Under the pieces are notes generated by a model. It saw only the letters and a program-made list of their open reading frames with translations. It did not search any database and was not told the origin of the DNA. Below, piece after piece: positions 1 through 10,137 of a stretch of DNA of 64,000 nt. The position numbers and the translations under genes were made by a program. Position 1 is the stretch's first letter. Every line of letters begins with the position of its first letter. The DNA comes from an uncultured Candidatus Saccharibacteria bacterium. GTDB taxonomy: Bacteria > Patescibacteriota > Minisyncoccia > Phycocordibacterales > Phycocordibacteraceae. The stretch covers positions 72,286-136,285 of the forward strand of contig CAYOCH010000001.1 of the NCBI GenBank assembly GCA_964402535.1, read 5' to 3'.

Positions 1-408
1 CCCATTCGAATATCCTACCTCGCAACTATCCACTAATTATAACGGCCGTTAGACTTAGTGGATAACCGTTGTCTGGCTGTGACAAAAGAAAAAGCCGCGA
101 GGAACGCTAGATTCAGCGCTCTCGCGGCCCGGGCCTTCGTTGTCCGTCAAGCCGACTTCAGGCATCCGCTGGCGGTATGAGATACCCGGGAAATGCCTCA
201 AACTTGATAAGGTTAGGGTCGACCCCTTCCCGTTCCGGGGATGACGTTATCACGGTGCGGCCCCGTTCGCCAATTAATCTCAAAGCTTATCGAATACTTG
301 TTCGGGATATCCCACCGGGAGAACCGCAACCACAGGAATTGAAACTTGTTAGGAGCGATCTTCCCGAATCCGAACCGATTGAGCGTCAGTTCGATATCGA
401 TCGACATG

Positions 409-2880
409 CTAGAGCGCGACCATCGAGGCGATCGAGTCGCCCTCGTAGAGCTTCATCACGCGGACGCCCTGGGTGGCGCGCGAGAGGAGCGAGATCTCGG
501 CGACCGATGTGCGGATCACCTGCCCCTTCTTCGAGACGACAACGAGCTCCTCTTCGTCCACGTTGCCTGCGAGGACGCGCGCACCGATGATCTCGCCCGT
601 CTTCGGTGTGACTTCCGCGGTCTTGATGCCCGAGCCGCCGCGACCCTGCACCTTATACTCTGACATCTTAGTGCGCTTGCCGTAGCCCTTGCTCATCACC
701 ACGAGGAGCGAGGCGTCCTTAGCCGATGCAGGGATCACCTCGGCCGAGACGACGCGGTCGCCCTTCTTGACGCTCATGCCGCGGACGCCGCCCGCGGTGC
801 GACCCATCTCGCGCACGTCCTCTGCCTCAAAGCGGATCGACTGCCCTTTCGCCGTCACTATCGAGACCGTGTCGCCCTCGCCCGAGAGGTTTGCAGAGAC
901 GAGCGTATCGCCCTTCTTGAGGTTGATCGCGATGATGCCCGAGCGCCGCACGTCGGCGAAGCTCTTGGCCGCGACGCGCTTGGCGACGCCCTCGAGCGTC
1001 ACGAACACGATCGAGGAGGCCTCAAGGGCCGCGCCCTTCGGCACCGCGAGAACGCTCGTCACCGACTCCTCGCCCGCGAGCTGGAGGAAGTTCATGATGC
1101 TCTTGCCCTTGGTCGCGCGCTTGCCCTCGGGGATCTCGTACATCTTGAGCTGGTAGGCTTTGCCGAGATTCGTGAAGAAAAGGAGGTCGCTGTGCGCCGA
1201 TGCGACCAGGAAGTGCGTCACCACGTCCTCCTCCTTGGTCGCGATGTCGACGACGCCCACGCCGCCGCGCTTCTGCTTGCGATACTCAGCCGGGTTCGTG
1301 CGCTTCACATAGCCGCCCTGCGTGAGGACGAGCATCGAGTCCTCGTCCGGCACGAGATCTTCTACTGAAATGTTCTTCACGCCGCCCTTCATGATCTTGG
1401 TGCGGCGGTCATCGCCATACATCTGCGCGAGCTTCTCGAGCTCGCTCTTCACCACGGCGAGGATCTTCTTGGGCGAGGAGAGGATGTCCTTCAATTTCTT
1501 GATCAAAGCCTGGATCTCAGTGAGCTCGTCCTCGATCTTCTTGCGCTCAAGGCCGGCCAAGGTCTGGAGGCGCATCGCGAGGATCGCTGCCGTCTGCCGA
1601 TCGGTGAAGCCGAACTTCTTGCGGAGCGCGAGATCGGCCGAGGGCACGTCCGGCGCCTTCTTGATGATAGCGATCACCTCGTCGATATGATCGAGCGCCT
1701 TTGAGAGGCCGAGCAAAATGTGTTCGCGCTCTTCGGCCTTCCTCAGGTCGTGCTCGGTGCGGCGCTTCACCACCTCTTGGCGGTGCTTGATGAAGTGCCC
1801 GAGCATGTCCGAGAGCGAGAGCATCTCGGGGACGCCCTCGACAAGGGCGAGCATGTTGTAGTGGAAGGTGCTCTCAAGCTCGGTGTGCTTGTAGAGCGCG
1901 TTCAGGACCGCCTGCGGATGCGCCGTGCCCTTGAGCTCCACCACGATGCGGATGTCCGAGGTCGACTCGTCGCGCAGGTCGCGGATGCCCTCGAGCTTCT
2001 TCTCCTGCACGAGCTCGGCGATGCGCGCGATGAGGTCGCTCTTGTTCACGCGGTACGGGATCGAGGTGATCACGATGCGCGTATCTTTCTTCCCATCATC
2101 AATAATCTCGGCCTCGCCGCGCACCACGACCGGCCCTTTGCCGGAGCTATAGGCGTGCGTGATGTCCGCCTTGTTGAAGGCGACGCCCCCGAGCGGGAAA
2201 TCAGGCCCCTTCACGAACTCGAGCAGGTCGCTCGTGGTGGCGTCCGGGTTGTCGATCAGGTGCACGGTCGCGTCGACGACCTCGCGGAGGTTGTGCGGCG
2301 GGATATTGGTCGCCATGCCGACCGCGATGCCGAGCGTCCCGTTCAAAAGCAGGTTCGGGAGCGCCGAGGGGAGCACGTTCGGCTCCTCGCGCGTCGCATC
2401 GTAGTTGGGGTTCCACGCCACGGTCTCCTTCTCGATATCGGTGAGGAGCGACTCTGCGATGCGCGACATCTTGGCCTCGGTGTAACGCATGGCCGCCGGC
2501 GAGTCGCCGTCGATCGAGCCGAAGTTACCCTGGCCGAGGACGAGCGGATAGCGATAAGAGAAGTCCTGCGCCATCTTGGCCATCGAGTCGTAGACAGCGA
2601 CGTCGCCGTGCGGGTGGTACTTGCCGAGCACTTCGCCGACCACCGTCGCCGACTTGCGGAACTTTACGCCCGGAGTGAGGCCCATGTCGCGCATCGCGTA
2701 GAGGATGCGGCGATGCACCGGCTTCAAGCCGTCGCGCACGTCCGGGAGCGCGCGCGAGGTGATCACCGACATCGCGTAGTCGAGATACGAGGTGCGCATC
2801 TCGCTCACGATCGGCTGTTCGATGATGTTCGGCGTTACGGCCGACTCTTCAGACTTCTTGTCTTTATCCTTCGAGGCCAT
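409..2880 (-). CDS. gyrA: DNA gyrase subunit A
   Basis: 823 aa; N-terminus [34 protein letters not shown] is the canonical GyrA motif; C-terminal beta-pinwheel repeats. Confidence 0.95.
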   Translation of the reverse strand: MASKDKDKKSEESAVTPNIIEQPIVSEMRTSYLDYAMSVITSRALPDVRDGLKPVHRRILYAMRDMGLTPGVKFRKSATVVGEVLGKYHPHGDVAVYDSMAKMAQDFSYRYPLVLGQGNFGSIDGDSPAAMRYTEAKMSRIAESLLTDIEKETVAWNPNYDATREEPNVLPSALPNLLLNGTLGIAVGMATNIPPHNLREVVDATVHLIDNPDATTSDLLEFVKGPDFPLGGVAFNKADITHAYSSGKGPVVVRGEAEIIDDGKKDTRIVITSIPYRVNKSDLIARIAELVQEKKLEGIRDLRDESTSDIRIVVELKGTAHPQAVLNALYKHTELESTFHYNMLALVEGVPEMLSLSDMLGHFIKHRQEVVKRRTEHDLRKAEEREHILLGLSKALDHIDEVIAIIKKAPDVPSADLALRKKFGFTDRQTAAILAMRLQTLAGLERKKIEDELTEIQALIKKLKDILSSPKKILAVVKSELEKLAQMYGDDRRTKIMKGGVKNISVEDLVPDEDSMLVLTQGGYVKRTNPAEYRKQKRGGVGVVDIATKEEDVVTHFLVASAHSDLLFFTNLGKAYQLKMYEIPEGKRATKGKSIMNFLQLAGEESVTSVLAVPKGAALEASSIVFVTLEGVAKRVAAKSFADVRRSGIIAINLKKGDTLVSANLSGEGDTVSIVTAKGQSIRFEAEDVREMGRTAGGVRGMSVKKGDRVVSAEVIPASAKDASLLVVMSKGYGKRTKMSEYKVQGRGGSGIKTAEVTPKTGEIIGARVLAGNVDEEELVVVSKKGQVIRTSVAEISLLSRATQGVRVMKLYEGDSIASMVAL

Positions 2881-2889
2881 GTCGCTTGG

Positions 2890-3225
2890 TTAGAACGGGA
2901 TCACCGTCTGCTGCGTCTGCGGCGGTTTGGCGCTCGTCGAGGAGGACGAGTCGACGATCTCGATATGCGCAGGGACGCTATCGCCCGTCTGCGGGAGCGC
3001 CGAGGCGGCTCCGGCAAGCGCGCTAGAGGCCGTGCTGCCTTGTGCAGGCGCCGGCGTGTCGAACGAGCTCCCCGAGATCGCGAATGAGCCGGTTGCGAAT
3101 GAGCCCGTGAGCCACACGAGCGCGATCACGCCCGCGATGCCGGCAGACGCGCCGATCACCACCTTCTTGCGGATATGGTGCGGCTGCCCTTTGACGTATT
3201 CGATATGTTCGAAGAGGGATTTCAT
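2890..3225 (-). CDS. hypothetical small membrane protein
   Basis: 111 aa ORF with one hydrophobic segment, directly upstream of gyrA on the same strand. Confidence 0.4.
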   Translation of the reverse strand: MKSLFEHIEYVKGQPHHIRKKVVIGASAGIAGVIALVWLTGSFATGSFAISGSSFDTPAPAQGSTASSALAGAASALPQTGDSVPAHIEIVDSSSSTSAKPPQTQQTVIPF

Positions 3226-3229
3226 GGCG

Positions 3230-3871
3230 TCAGGCCGTCACGACCAGTATACTCCCGTCTTTGCCGACGAGATCCTTCTTCTTGAGCGTAAGCTTGTCGA
3301 CCTTTTCGCTACCGTTGCCGCTCTGCTTGAGGAAGGCCTCGAGCGACTTGGGTGCGCCGATGCCGCTCCAATGCATCGGGATGATGATCTTGGGCTCGAG
3401 CGCGACGGCGAGCTTGTGCGCGTCTTCAGCCGAAAGAACGCCGTCGCCGCCCACCGGGACGAAGAGGACGTCGATCTCGTCGAGCGCCTCGCGCGCCTCC
3501 TTAGAGAGTTCGGTCGAGGCGAGGGCGCCCAAGTGGACGATCGTCATGTCCTCGAGGTCGACGGCGTAGATCGTGTTGACCGCCTCCTCCTGCCCCTTGT
3601 CAAGACCGTATTTGCTCTTAGAGAGGAAGCCCTGGATCACGATCCCCTGCCGCTCATACTCGCCCGGGCCGGTGATCGCGAACGGCTTCTTGTCGCCGTA
3701 GGTGACCTCCTCGACGCCGTTCATGTCCTTGTGGTTCCTGGAGACGAGCGCGATGTCTGCGCCGAAGCGCGCAGCCGGGAGAGTCGCCCCTTTGGCGATC
3801 GGATCGAACACAAGCGTCAAGTCACCGAAGGTGACCTTGAAGCACTGTCCGCCGTGATGAGTGATGACCAT
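3230..3871 (-). CDS. metal-dependent hydrolase, MBL-fold (UPF0173-like)
   Basis: 213 aa; MVITHHGGQCFKV...HWSGIGAP pattern typical of the beta-lactamase-fold UPF0173 family. Confidence 0.65.
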   Translation of the reverse strand: MVITHHGGQCFKVTFGDLTLVFDPIAKGATLPAARFGADIALVSRNHKDMNGVEEVTYGDKKPFAITGPGEYERQGIVIQGFLSKSKYGLDKGQEEAVNTIYAVDLEDMTIVHLGALASTELSKEAREALDEIDVLFVPVGGDGVLSAEDAHKLAVALEPKIIIPMHWSGIGAPKSLEAFLKQSGNGSEKVDKLTLKKKDLVGKDGSILVVTA

Positions 3872-4265
3872 GAAAGTGCTCTTATTCTATCACAAAATGA
3901 GCCTGCGCGACAGCATCTCTACGCGCGAAATCCGGCTCGCTATCCCCTCTTAAATCTTGCGCATCAAGGACGCTCTGATAGGTTAATGAACAGACGTTCC
4001 TAAGGTGTATGCGCAATGCAGCAAGCGCGGGGACGTCTGCTCCCTCAACGTGTCACTGCTAGGAGGTGTCTATGATACCCACGCAATGCAAACCCGTCGC
4101 TGCCATGTCGACTGCACCGCCGACTAGCGCGCTCGCGAAGAAAGCGGCCATCGCCTCGGTACCGAACGGCGACGGCTAGCTCGGCGAGCAGAGGCCGCAA
4201 AAAACTGCGTAGAGACTAATAACAATAAAATTGTTCAATAAGAATAATCCCGATCAGGGACCCTC

Positions 4266-4300
4266 GGGCCGCCACATCGCGCGGCCCTTTCGTTTTTCTT
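4266..4300 (+). terminator. candidate intrinsic terminator hairpin in long noncoding region
   Basis: gggccgc-cacatc-gcggccc stem followed by tttcgtttttctt. Confidence 0.35.
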
Positions 4301-4690
4301 ATCCCCACCGGGCCGCTACAGCCGTTGACGGATTCTCGGGCAGTGCTACTGTCGCCAACAGGCGCTCGTTGACCTGGCTGAATCGTCTCGTGCGCCATGC
4401 CACGCCTTCACAGGGCACATCGACTGCAGCTCACCGCTGCACAACTCGAATAGGAGGATGTTGATGAACAGATATTGGAATCATCGCATAACCAAGTTTG
4501 CTGTCGTATCGCGGCCCGGGCAGAGAGCGTAGCCAGCGACTCGCTCACTGAGGGACATAGGCCGCACTGCAGCATACTGTAGTTCCCTACTTCCATATCG
4601 ATTGGGAGAGCACCGACGCAGTAAACGATTCAAGCAAGACACTTTCCTCGGCGACACCTGCCGCCACACGGGTTCGCTAACGGCGTACCC

Positions 4691-4725
4691 AAAGGCCACT
4701 CTTCGGAGTGGCCTTTCACTTTTCC
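4691..4725 (+). terminator. candidate intrinsic terminator hairpin in long noncoding region
   Basis: aaaggccactc-ttcg-gagtggccttt stem followed by cacttttcc. Confidence 0.35.
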
Positions 4726-4831
4726 GCTGTTTCTGGTACAGTCTATTTGTTGCGTGCGGAGCAGTAGGAAAGGAGTAACCCTCTCGCCTTGCGGCGGGAC
4801 ACCCTTTTTGAACATCGGCACTGCTATATAA

Positions 4832-5950
4832 ATGTCTGAAGAGAAGAAAGTCGCTGCGCCTGCAGTGACCATCCATCTGACCGAGGGCCACCCGATGGCC
4901 GAGTTCGTCGACTCGATCCCGACGCCGCCCTCCTCGGGCGATCTCGTCGAGGGTTCGATCATCGCGATGAACCGCGGCCGCGTCTATGTCGACCTGCCGC
5001 CGTTCGGCACCGGCCTCATCTACGGCCGCGAGTACCTGAACGCCGCCGACGTGCTGCGCAAGGCGAACCCGGGCGACACGATCAGCGCCAAGGTCGTCGA
5101 CGCCGCCGGCCGCGACGGCTATATCGAGCTCTCGCTTAAGGAGGCTCGCCAGGCCGCGATCTGGGGCGAGGCCGAGGCCGCTATCCTCTCGGAGACGACC
5201 TACACGCTCACCGTCGACGAGGCGAACAAGGGCGGTCTCATCCTCTCGTGGCAAGGCATCCAGGGCTTCCTCCCTGCCTCGCAGCTCTCGAAGGAGCACT
5301 ACCCGCGCGTGCCGGAGGGCGATAAGGAGAAGATCCTCGGCGAGCTCATGCAGCTTGTCGGCCATCCGCTTTCAGTGCGCATCATCACCGCCGACGCAAA
5401 GGAGGGCAAGCTTATCTTCTCTGAGCGCACCGGCAACGAAGCCGAAGAGAAGGCATCGCTCATCGACAAGTACCAGGTCGGCGACACGGCCGAAGGCGAA
5501 GTGACTGGCATCGTGGACTTCGGCGTGTTCGTCAAACTCGAGCCGGGTCTCGAGGGCCTCGTGCACATCAGCGAGCTCGACTGGGGCCTCGTCGAAGATC
5601 CGCATGCGCTCTTCAAGGTCGGCGACAAGGTGCGCGTCAAGGTGATCGAGATCAAGGACGGCAAGATCTCCCTCTCGGTCAAGGCGCTCAAGGAGAACCC
5701 GTGGCACACCGCGGCCGACCGCTACACCAAGGGCCAGCAGGTGCCGGGCGTGATCATCAAGTACAACAAGCATGGCGCGCTCGCCTCGATCGAAGAGGGT
5801 GTGGCCGGCCTCGTGCACGTCTCAGAGTTCGAGTCGCCGCAGGCGCTTCGCGAGACGCTCGAGCTCGGCAAGACGTATCCGTTCGTCATCTCGCTCTTCG
5901 AGCCCAAGGATCAGCGCATGACGCTCACCTTCGCGGGCAAGGCGAAGTAG
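4832..5950 (+). CDS. rpsA: 30S ribosomal protein S1-like (multiple S1 domains)
   Basis: 372 aa with repeated S1 OB-fold signatures (GxVxGxVxxIxDFGVFVKL, GLVHISEL). Confidence 0.8.
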   Translation: MSEEKKVAAPAVTIHLTEGHPMAEFVDSIPTPPSSGDLVEGSIIAMNRGRVYVDLPPFGTGLIYGREYLNAADVLRKANPGDTISAKVVDAAGRDGYIELSLKEARQAAIWGEAEAAILSETTYTLTVDEANKGGLILSWQGIQGFLPASQLSKEHYPRVPEGDKEKILGELMQLVGHPLSVRIITADAKEGKLIFSERTGNEAEEKASLIDKYQVGDTAEGEVTGIVDFGVFVKLEPGLEGLVHISELDWGLVEDPHALFKVGDKVRVKVIEIKDGKISLSVKALKENPWHTAADRYTKGQQVPGVIIKYNKHGALASIEEGVAGLVHVSEFESPQALRETLELGKTYPFVISLFEPKDQRMTLTFAGKAK

Positions 5951-5993
5951 CATCGGGAATTAAGAATCTCGAATTAGAAATTTGGAAGAAACA

Positions 5994-6028
5994 CCCGCGG
6001 CGCCTCCGGCGCCGCGGGTGTTTTGACA
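5994..6028 (+). terminator. intrinsic terminator after rpsA
   Basis: acacccgcggcgcc-tcc-ggcgccgcgggtgt stem plus tttt; shares its core with the ftsZ terminator. Confidence 0.7.
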
Positions 6029-6053
6029 CATTGTGCAAACGTAGTATAGTGTA
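6026..6053 (+). promoter_or_regulatory. sigma70-like promoter (TTGACA-N16-TATAGT) for the 86-aa ORF
   Basis: consensus -35 TTGACA and -10 TATAGT with 16-nt spacer; GAGGAG RBS 6 nt before the ATG at 6086. Confidence 0.5.
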
Positions 6054-6085
6054 GATACGTTCTTTCCCGACAGAGAGGAGTTCAG

Positions 6086-6346
6086 ATGCCGAATATCGAG
6101 ATTCACGGCTGCGGTCATGACGAGGCAAAGAAGAGCGAGAAGAAGATCCTCAAGCACTGCAACTGGCCGGACCTGGTCGTCACGATCGTCACCGACGTCG
6201 TCCGGGATCGCAAAGGCAAGCTACAGCCGTTCCTGCGCGTCTACCAGGACGCGAGCAACATCGCTTGGCCGTTCCTTGAGCGACTCAACTTACACCTCGA
6301 TATCGAGGTCATCGCGGTTCACAAGTTCATCCCCAAGTCACCGTAG
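6086..6346 (+). CDS. hypothetical small protein (86 aa), in low-GC islet
   Basis: strong promoter and RBS upstream; low GC; no recognisable family. Confidence 0.5.
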   Translation: MPNIEIHGCGHDEAKKSEKKILKHCNWPDLVVTIVTDVVRDRKGKLQPFLRVYQDASNIAWPFLERLNLHLDIEVIAVHKFIPKSP

Positions 6347-6435
6347 TTCTGCCCCACTCACAGCCCGCCACGCGCGGGCTGTCGCTTTTCTGAGCTAATA
6401 AACAATGCCGACGCTTGGTCGACATTAGTTTTTTC

Positions 6436-6636
6436 TTACCCAACTTTTACTATCGGTCTCTGACTTCGATATTCATCCATTACCCTTCGCTGTTCTTCGT
6501 TCGCTTCTCTCAGGACTTGGCGAATGACCTTGGCTTTATCCCCAGATGATTTGCTGAAGAAATCAGAAAAATCGCTCCCGCGCCGAGCGTTATTGCCTCC
6601 AAAAGCCGCAAAAAAACCCTTAATTAGCTTCGTCAT
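6436..6636 (-). CDS. hypothetical 66-aa protein, translationally coupled downstream of the zeta-toxin-family gene
   Basis: ATGA start/stop overlap with the upstream gene; charged, coiled-coil-like. Confidence 0.4.
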   Translation of the reverse strand: MTKLIKGFFAAFGGNNARRGSDFSDFFSKSSGDKAKVIRQVLREANEEQRRVMDEYRSQRPIVKVG

Positions 6637-7337
6637 ACGAGTATCCTTTCTAAGTCTTCTAAAGCGTAACTGCCGTTCACGATGCGGTCAAGCTCATCAG
6701 CTGGGACATTCAGTTTGAACTCTTCTCTTCCTGTCTCATAGTCCTTGATGAGGATATTCAATTCTACGTCCTGCCCGAACTGTTCTTTCACCTGTCGAAC
6801 ATTATCGCGCGACGCAAAATAAGCCTTTATGAAGATATCTTTCGACACATGTCTCGTTTCTCGAGCTTCACGTACCTTGGTAAATTCCCAAGCCAAGACT
6901 GGATTCTGATAAATGAACCAGAGTTCAATCGTTCGATTGTGTGCCAGTGAGCGTTGTATATTCCCGGCAGCGTCACCATAAGCAAAAGTGCCGTCTAATA
7001 TGCAGTTCACGTCTCGATCCAAGGCATGATCATACAGAAAGTTGACACCCTTGTTCGCGGCCCTTTGGAAAAGGTGGGCGTTGCTTCCAGCGTACCCGGG
7101 ACACAGACTTCGAATTTCGTCTGCATCGATTCGTATCGGTACGTCTCTAAATTTCTTGATGAGCCCTTTCGAGACTTCCGTCTTGCCCGCACCTGGCGAG
7201 CCTGCCATAAATAGCGAGACCGGGTTTGCAACCGGATGACAACTGGCCGCCGGACAAAATTGTTCAATAATTACTGCCCTGTGATTCTTTATGAACTCTA
7301 TTGCCTCTCTTTCAATGCGCGTCTCCTCATCAGTCAT
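6633..7337 (-). CDS. zeta-toxin family P-loop kinase (PF06414-like)
   Basis: Walker A FMAGSPGAGKTEV followed by IRIDADEIR, resembling the zeta/PezT catalytic Asp region; low GC. Confidence 0.6.
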   Translation of the reverse strand: MTDEETRIEREAIEFIKNHRAVIIEQFCPAASCHPVANPVSLFMAGSPGAGKTEVSKGLIKKFRDVPIRIDADEIRSLCPGYAGSNAHLFQRAANKGVNFLYDHALDRDVNCILDGTFAYGDAAGNIQRSLAHNRTIELWFIYQNPVLAWEFTKVREARETRHVSKDIFIKAYFASRDNVRQVKEQFGQDVELNILIKDYETGREEFKLNVPADELDRIVNGSYALEDLERILV

Positions 7338-7358
7338 ACTTTGACGAAGAGGGAATCT

Positions 7359-8039
7359 TTATCGCGTGTTGGCGAACATCGTCGCCGCTTCGACGCCGTC
7401 AGAGGCGAAGAGTCGTGCGGCCTCCGCCGCTTTCTTTATTGCTTTCTTCACTACCGCCTCCTCGCCCGGCTTCCACTTGCCGATCACGTGCTTGATCACT
7501 TTTTCTTCTCCCGACACTTTCTTCGCCTGATTCCGCTTCCCCGCCGCGCTGATGCCGATCCGGATCCGCGCGAAGTCCTTGGTCTTCACGGCGCGCATGA
7601 TGCTCTCGACGCCTTTGTGCCCGCCGCTGCCGCGGCCGACCACCATCTTGATCGTGCCGAGCGGCAGGTCGAGGTCGTCGTGGATCACGAGCAGGTTCTT
7701 CGCTGCCTTAGGCGACTTCACGAACGCGGCGACGGCCTTGCCGGAGAGGTTCATCATCGTCTCGGGTAGGACGAGCGTCGCGTTCTCGGCGCCCACCGTC
7801 CCCTTCACCGAGAGCGCGTTCGCCGTCTTGTTGAAGACGAAGTCGTCGCAATTTTCCTCTCGGGCGAAGAGCTCTACCGCGCTCCGGCCTGCGTTGTGAC
7901 GCGTCTTCTCGTACTCCTTGCCCGGATTCCCGAGCCCGACGATGACGATCGAGCGCGAGGACGAATGCTCGAATCCTTTTCGAGCATTCGCTCCGAGCGC
8001 GATGTGTGTACGCTTACGTACGAATGCCATACGCGCCAT
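7359..8039 (-). CDS. pth: peptidyl-tRNA hydrolase
   Basis: IVIVGLGNPGKEYEKTRHNAG...LLVIHDDLDLPLG motifs; ~29-aa N-terminal extension with no internal ATG, so the true start may be a non-ATG codon further in. Confidence 0.85.
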   Translation of the reverse strand: MARMAFVRKRTHIALGANARKGFEHSSSRSIVIVGLGNPGKEYEKTRHNAGRSAVELFAREENCDDFVFNKTANALSVKGTVGAENATLVLPETMMNLSGKAVAAFVKSPKAAKNLLVIHDDLDLPLGTIKMVVGRGSGGHKGVESIMRAVKTKDFARIRIGISAAGKRNQAKKVSGEEKVIKHVIGKWKPGEEAVVKKAIKKAAEAARLFASDGVEAATMFANTR

Positions 8040-8104
8040 CGTACCACGCTCATGTCGCTCTCATGAACCTTGCGCGGTTCCTGCGACCGCGTACAATACG
8101 CGCT

Positions 8105-8689
8105 ATGCAAGATACCGGAAAGGGCCTCTTGAAGGATCTTTTCACGCTCGCTCTCCTGATCGTCGTTGTCGTCATCCCCATCCGCGTCTTCGTCGTCTCC
8201 CCCTTCGTGGTCGACGGCGAGTCGATGCACCCGACGTTCGAGAATCTCGACTACCTGATCGTCGACGAGCTCATCTACGACTTCAAGGCACCGGCGCGCG
8301 GCGACGTGATCGTCTTCCGCTACCCCGGCAACCCCTCCATCTTCTACATCAAGCGCATCATCGGGCTCCCTGGCGAGACTGTCTCGATCAACCACGGCAT
8401 CGTCTCGATCACGACCGCCAAGGGCGATCATCTGACCTTGAACGAGCCTTACATCGTGAACGAGGACGCCACCTACACCAAGAGCGTGACCTTAAACGCG
8501 GACGAATATTTCGTCATGGGCGACAACAGGCCGAACTCCTCTGACAGCCGCGTCTGGGGTCCCTTGCCCAAGAAGGACATCATCGGCCGCGTCGACCTGC
8601 GCCTCCTGCCCGTCGGTGAGGCAGGCTTCTTCCCAGGCACCGCGTCCTACCAGATGAATGCGAGCACGACCGCCCTCGTGACCCCATGA
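8105..8689 (+). CDS. lepB: signal peptidase I
   Basis: GESMHPTF (catalytic Ser box) and RIIGLPGETV motifs; start moved to MQDTGKG (ATG 8105), which precedes the TM helix. Confidence 0.85.
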   Translation: MQDTGKGLLKDLFTLALLIVVVVIPIRVFVVSPFVVDGESMHPTFENLDYLIVDELIYDFKAPARGDVIVFRYPGNPSIFYIKRIIGLPGETVSINHGIVSITTAKGDHLTLNEPYIVNEDATYTKSVTLNADEYFVMGDNRPNSSDSRVWGPLPKKDIIGRVDLRLLPVGEAGFFPGTASYQMNASTTALVTP

Positions 8690-9825
8690 CCCGCGACGTG
8701 ATCCCAGCGGACGAACTCCTCTTGAAGGCACACGCAGTGGGTCAGTACTACGGCTTCACCCCGCTCTCTGCGCTCACCGCCCGCTCGCGCGGCTCGGTGA
8801 AGAAGGCGAACACGGACGCCCTCACCAACCTCACGCTCGACCCGGTCGCCGAGTCGGTCGTCAGCTTCTTGAAGCACTGTCAGAACGTCGAGTGCGCACC
8901 CTCCTCGCGCCAACCGCTCTTTCTCTGGCACACCAACATCGCGCCCGGCCGTCCGGCACAGAAGAAGGCGACGATCCAGTTCCACGCGATCGGCGCCGAT
9001 CGCGCGATCGCAGACGTGGTGGTAATCCGCGCGCTCGTCGCGCTCGCGCGCGACCTCTTTCACGAAGAGCCGACGGTGCGCGTGAACTCGATGGGCGACA
9101 AAGAGACCCGCGCGCGCTACGCGCGCGAGCTCGGCAACTTCTTCAAGAAGCGGGCGAACTCGCTCCCCGAGGAGTGCACGAGCTGCGCCAAGCGCGATGC
9201 GCTCGAGGCCGCCGAGCTCGCGATCGCGAACGCCTACGCCGACGACCTCCCCGCTCCGACCGAGCATCTCTCTGACGCGAGCCGCAAGCGCTTCGAGGAC
9301 CTGCTCGAATATCTCGAGATGACCGAGACGCCCTACGAGCTCGCCAAGGACCTGATCAGCCGCGGCAATATCTGGAACGACGTCTGCTTCGAACTCACGA
9401 TCGGCGACCGCCGGGTCGCCTGGGGCTCGCGCTACGGCGACCTCACTCGCCACTTCTTCCCAGGCCAGGGGCTCTCAGCGACCGGGGCCGTCTTCCAGAT
9501 CGCGAGCGAGGGTAAGCTCGTCAAGAAGCCGCCCGTACCGCGCCTACGCTTCTCCTTCGTCCATATCGGCGACGAGGCCAAGCGCCTCTCGATCCGGCTC
9601 GCAGACGAGTTCCGCAAGGCGCACGTGCCGCTCACGCAGCACATCGGCGTCGAGTCACTGACCGAGCAGCTCCACCTCGCCGAACGCACCAACCCGCCCT
9701 ACCTCCTCATCATGGGCCGCAAAGAGGCGCTCGAGAACACGGCGATCCTTAGGAATCGCAAGACCCAAGAGCAGACGGTAATCCCCCTCTTCGGCCTCGC
9801 CGAACAGTTGAAGGCGGTCGCCTGA
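8686..9825 (+). CDS. histidine--tRNA ligase-like class II aaRS (HisS/HisZ family)
   Basis: WGSRYGDL (HisA-like motif), FHAIGAD, C-terminal anticodon-binding-like domain (LLIMGRKEALENTAILRNR); shorter than canonical HisRS (379 aa). Confidence 0.55.
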   Translation: MTRDVIPADELLLKAHAVGQYYGFTPLSALTARSRGSVKKANTDALTNLTLDPVAESVVSFLKHCQNVECAPSSRQPLFLWHTNIAPGRPAQKKATIQFHAIGADRAIADVVVIRALVALARDLFHEEPTVRVNSMGDKETRARYARELGNFFKKRANSLPEECTSCAKRDALEAAELAIANAYADDLPAPTEHLSDASRKRFEDLLEYLEMTETPYELAKDLISRGNIWNDVCFELTIGDRRVAWGSRYGDLTRHFFPGQGLSATGAVFQIASEGKLVKKPPVPRLRFSFVHIGDEAKRLSIRLADEFRKAHVPLTQHIGVESLTEQLHLAERTNPPYLLIMGRKEALENTAILRNRKTQEQTVIPLFGLAEQLKAVA

Positions 9826-9873
9826 TGGAGAAAGTAGACAGGTAACGCCTGCGTGTGCTAGAGTCATCGAATC

Positions 9874-10134
9874 ATGACTGAAACAGGAGCACGAGTGGAG
9901 GTACGCCGCGGCAAGAACGAGAGTTCGGCCGCGCTTATCCGCCGCTTCACCCGCCGCGCGCAGTCCTTGGGCCTCGTCCGCGAGGTCCGCGACCGCCGCT
10001 ACTTCGAGCGCACCAAGTCGAAGAACGTCGACCACAAGCGCGCCCTCGTGACCAAGGTCCGCCGCGAGCGCTATATCGAGCTCGTCAAGCTCGGCAAGAT
10101 CGACCCGGCAGCGCGCAAGACGCGCAAGCGCTAA
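9874..10134 (+). CDS. rpsU: 30S ribosomal protein S21
   Basis: VEVRRGKNESSAALIRRFTRR...REVRDRRYFERTKSK matches the S21 pattern. Confidence 0.75.
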   Translation: MTETGARVEVRRGKNESSAALIRRFTRRAQSLGLVREVRDRRYFERTKSKNVDHKRALVTKVRRERYIELVKLGKIDPAARKTRKR

Positions 10135-10137
10135 GAG

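Noticed and set aside
1720-3087. 455-aa ORF antisense to gyrA, plus similar long antisense ORFs (10520-11689 vs ftsA, 12722-14023 vs ftsZ/trxB, 25777-26874, 49115-50071, 4481-5365)
   Set aside because: Arg/Asp/Glu-rich translations typical of the reverse strand of high-GC genes. They overlap well-supported conserved genes. No motifs.
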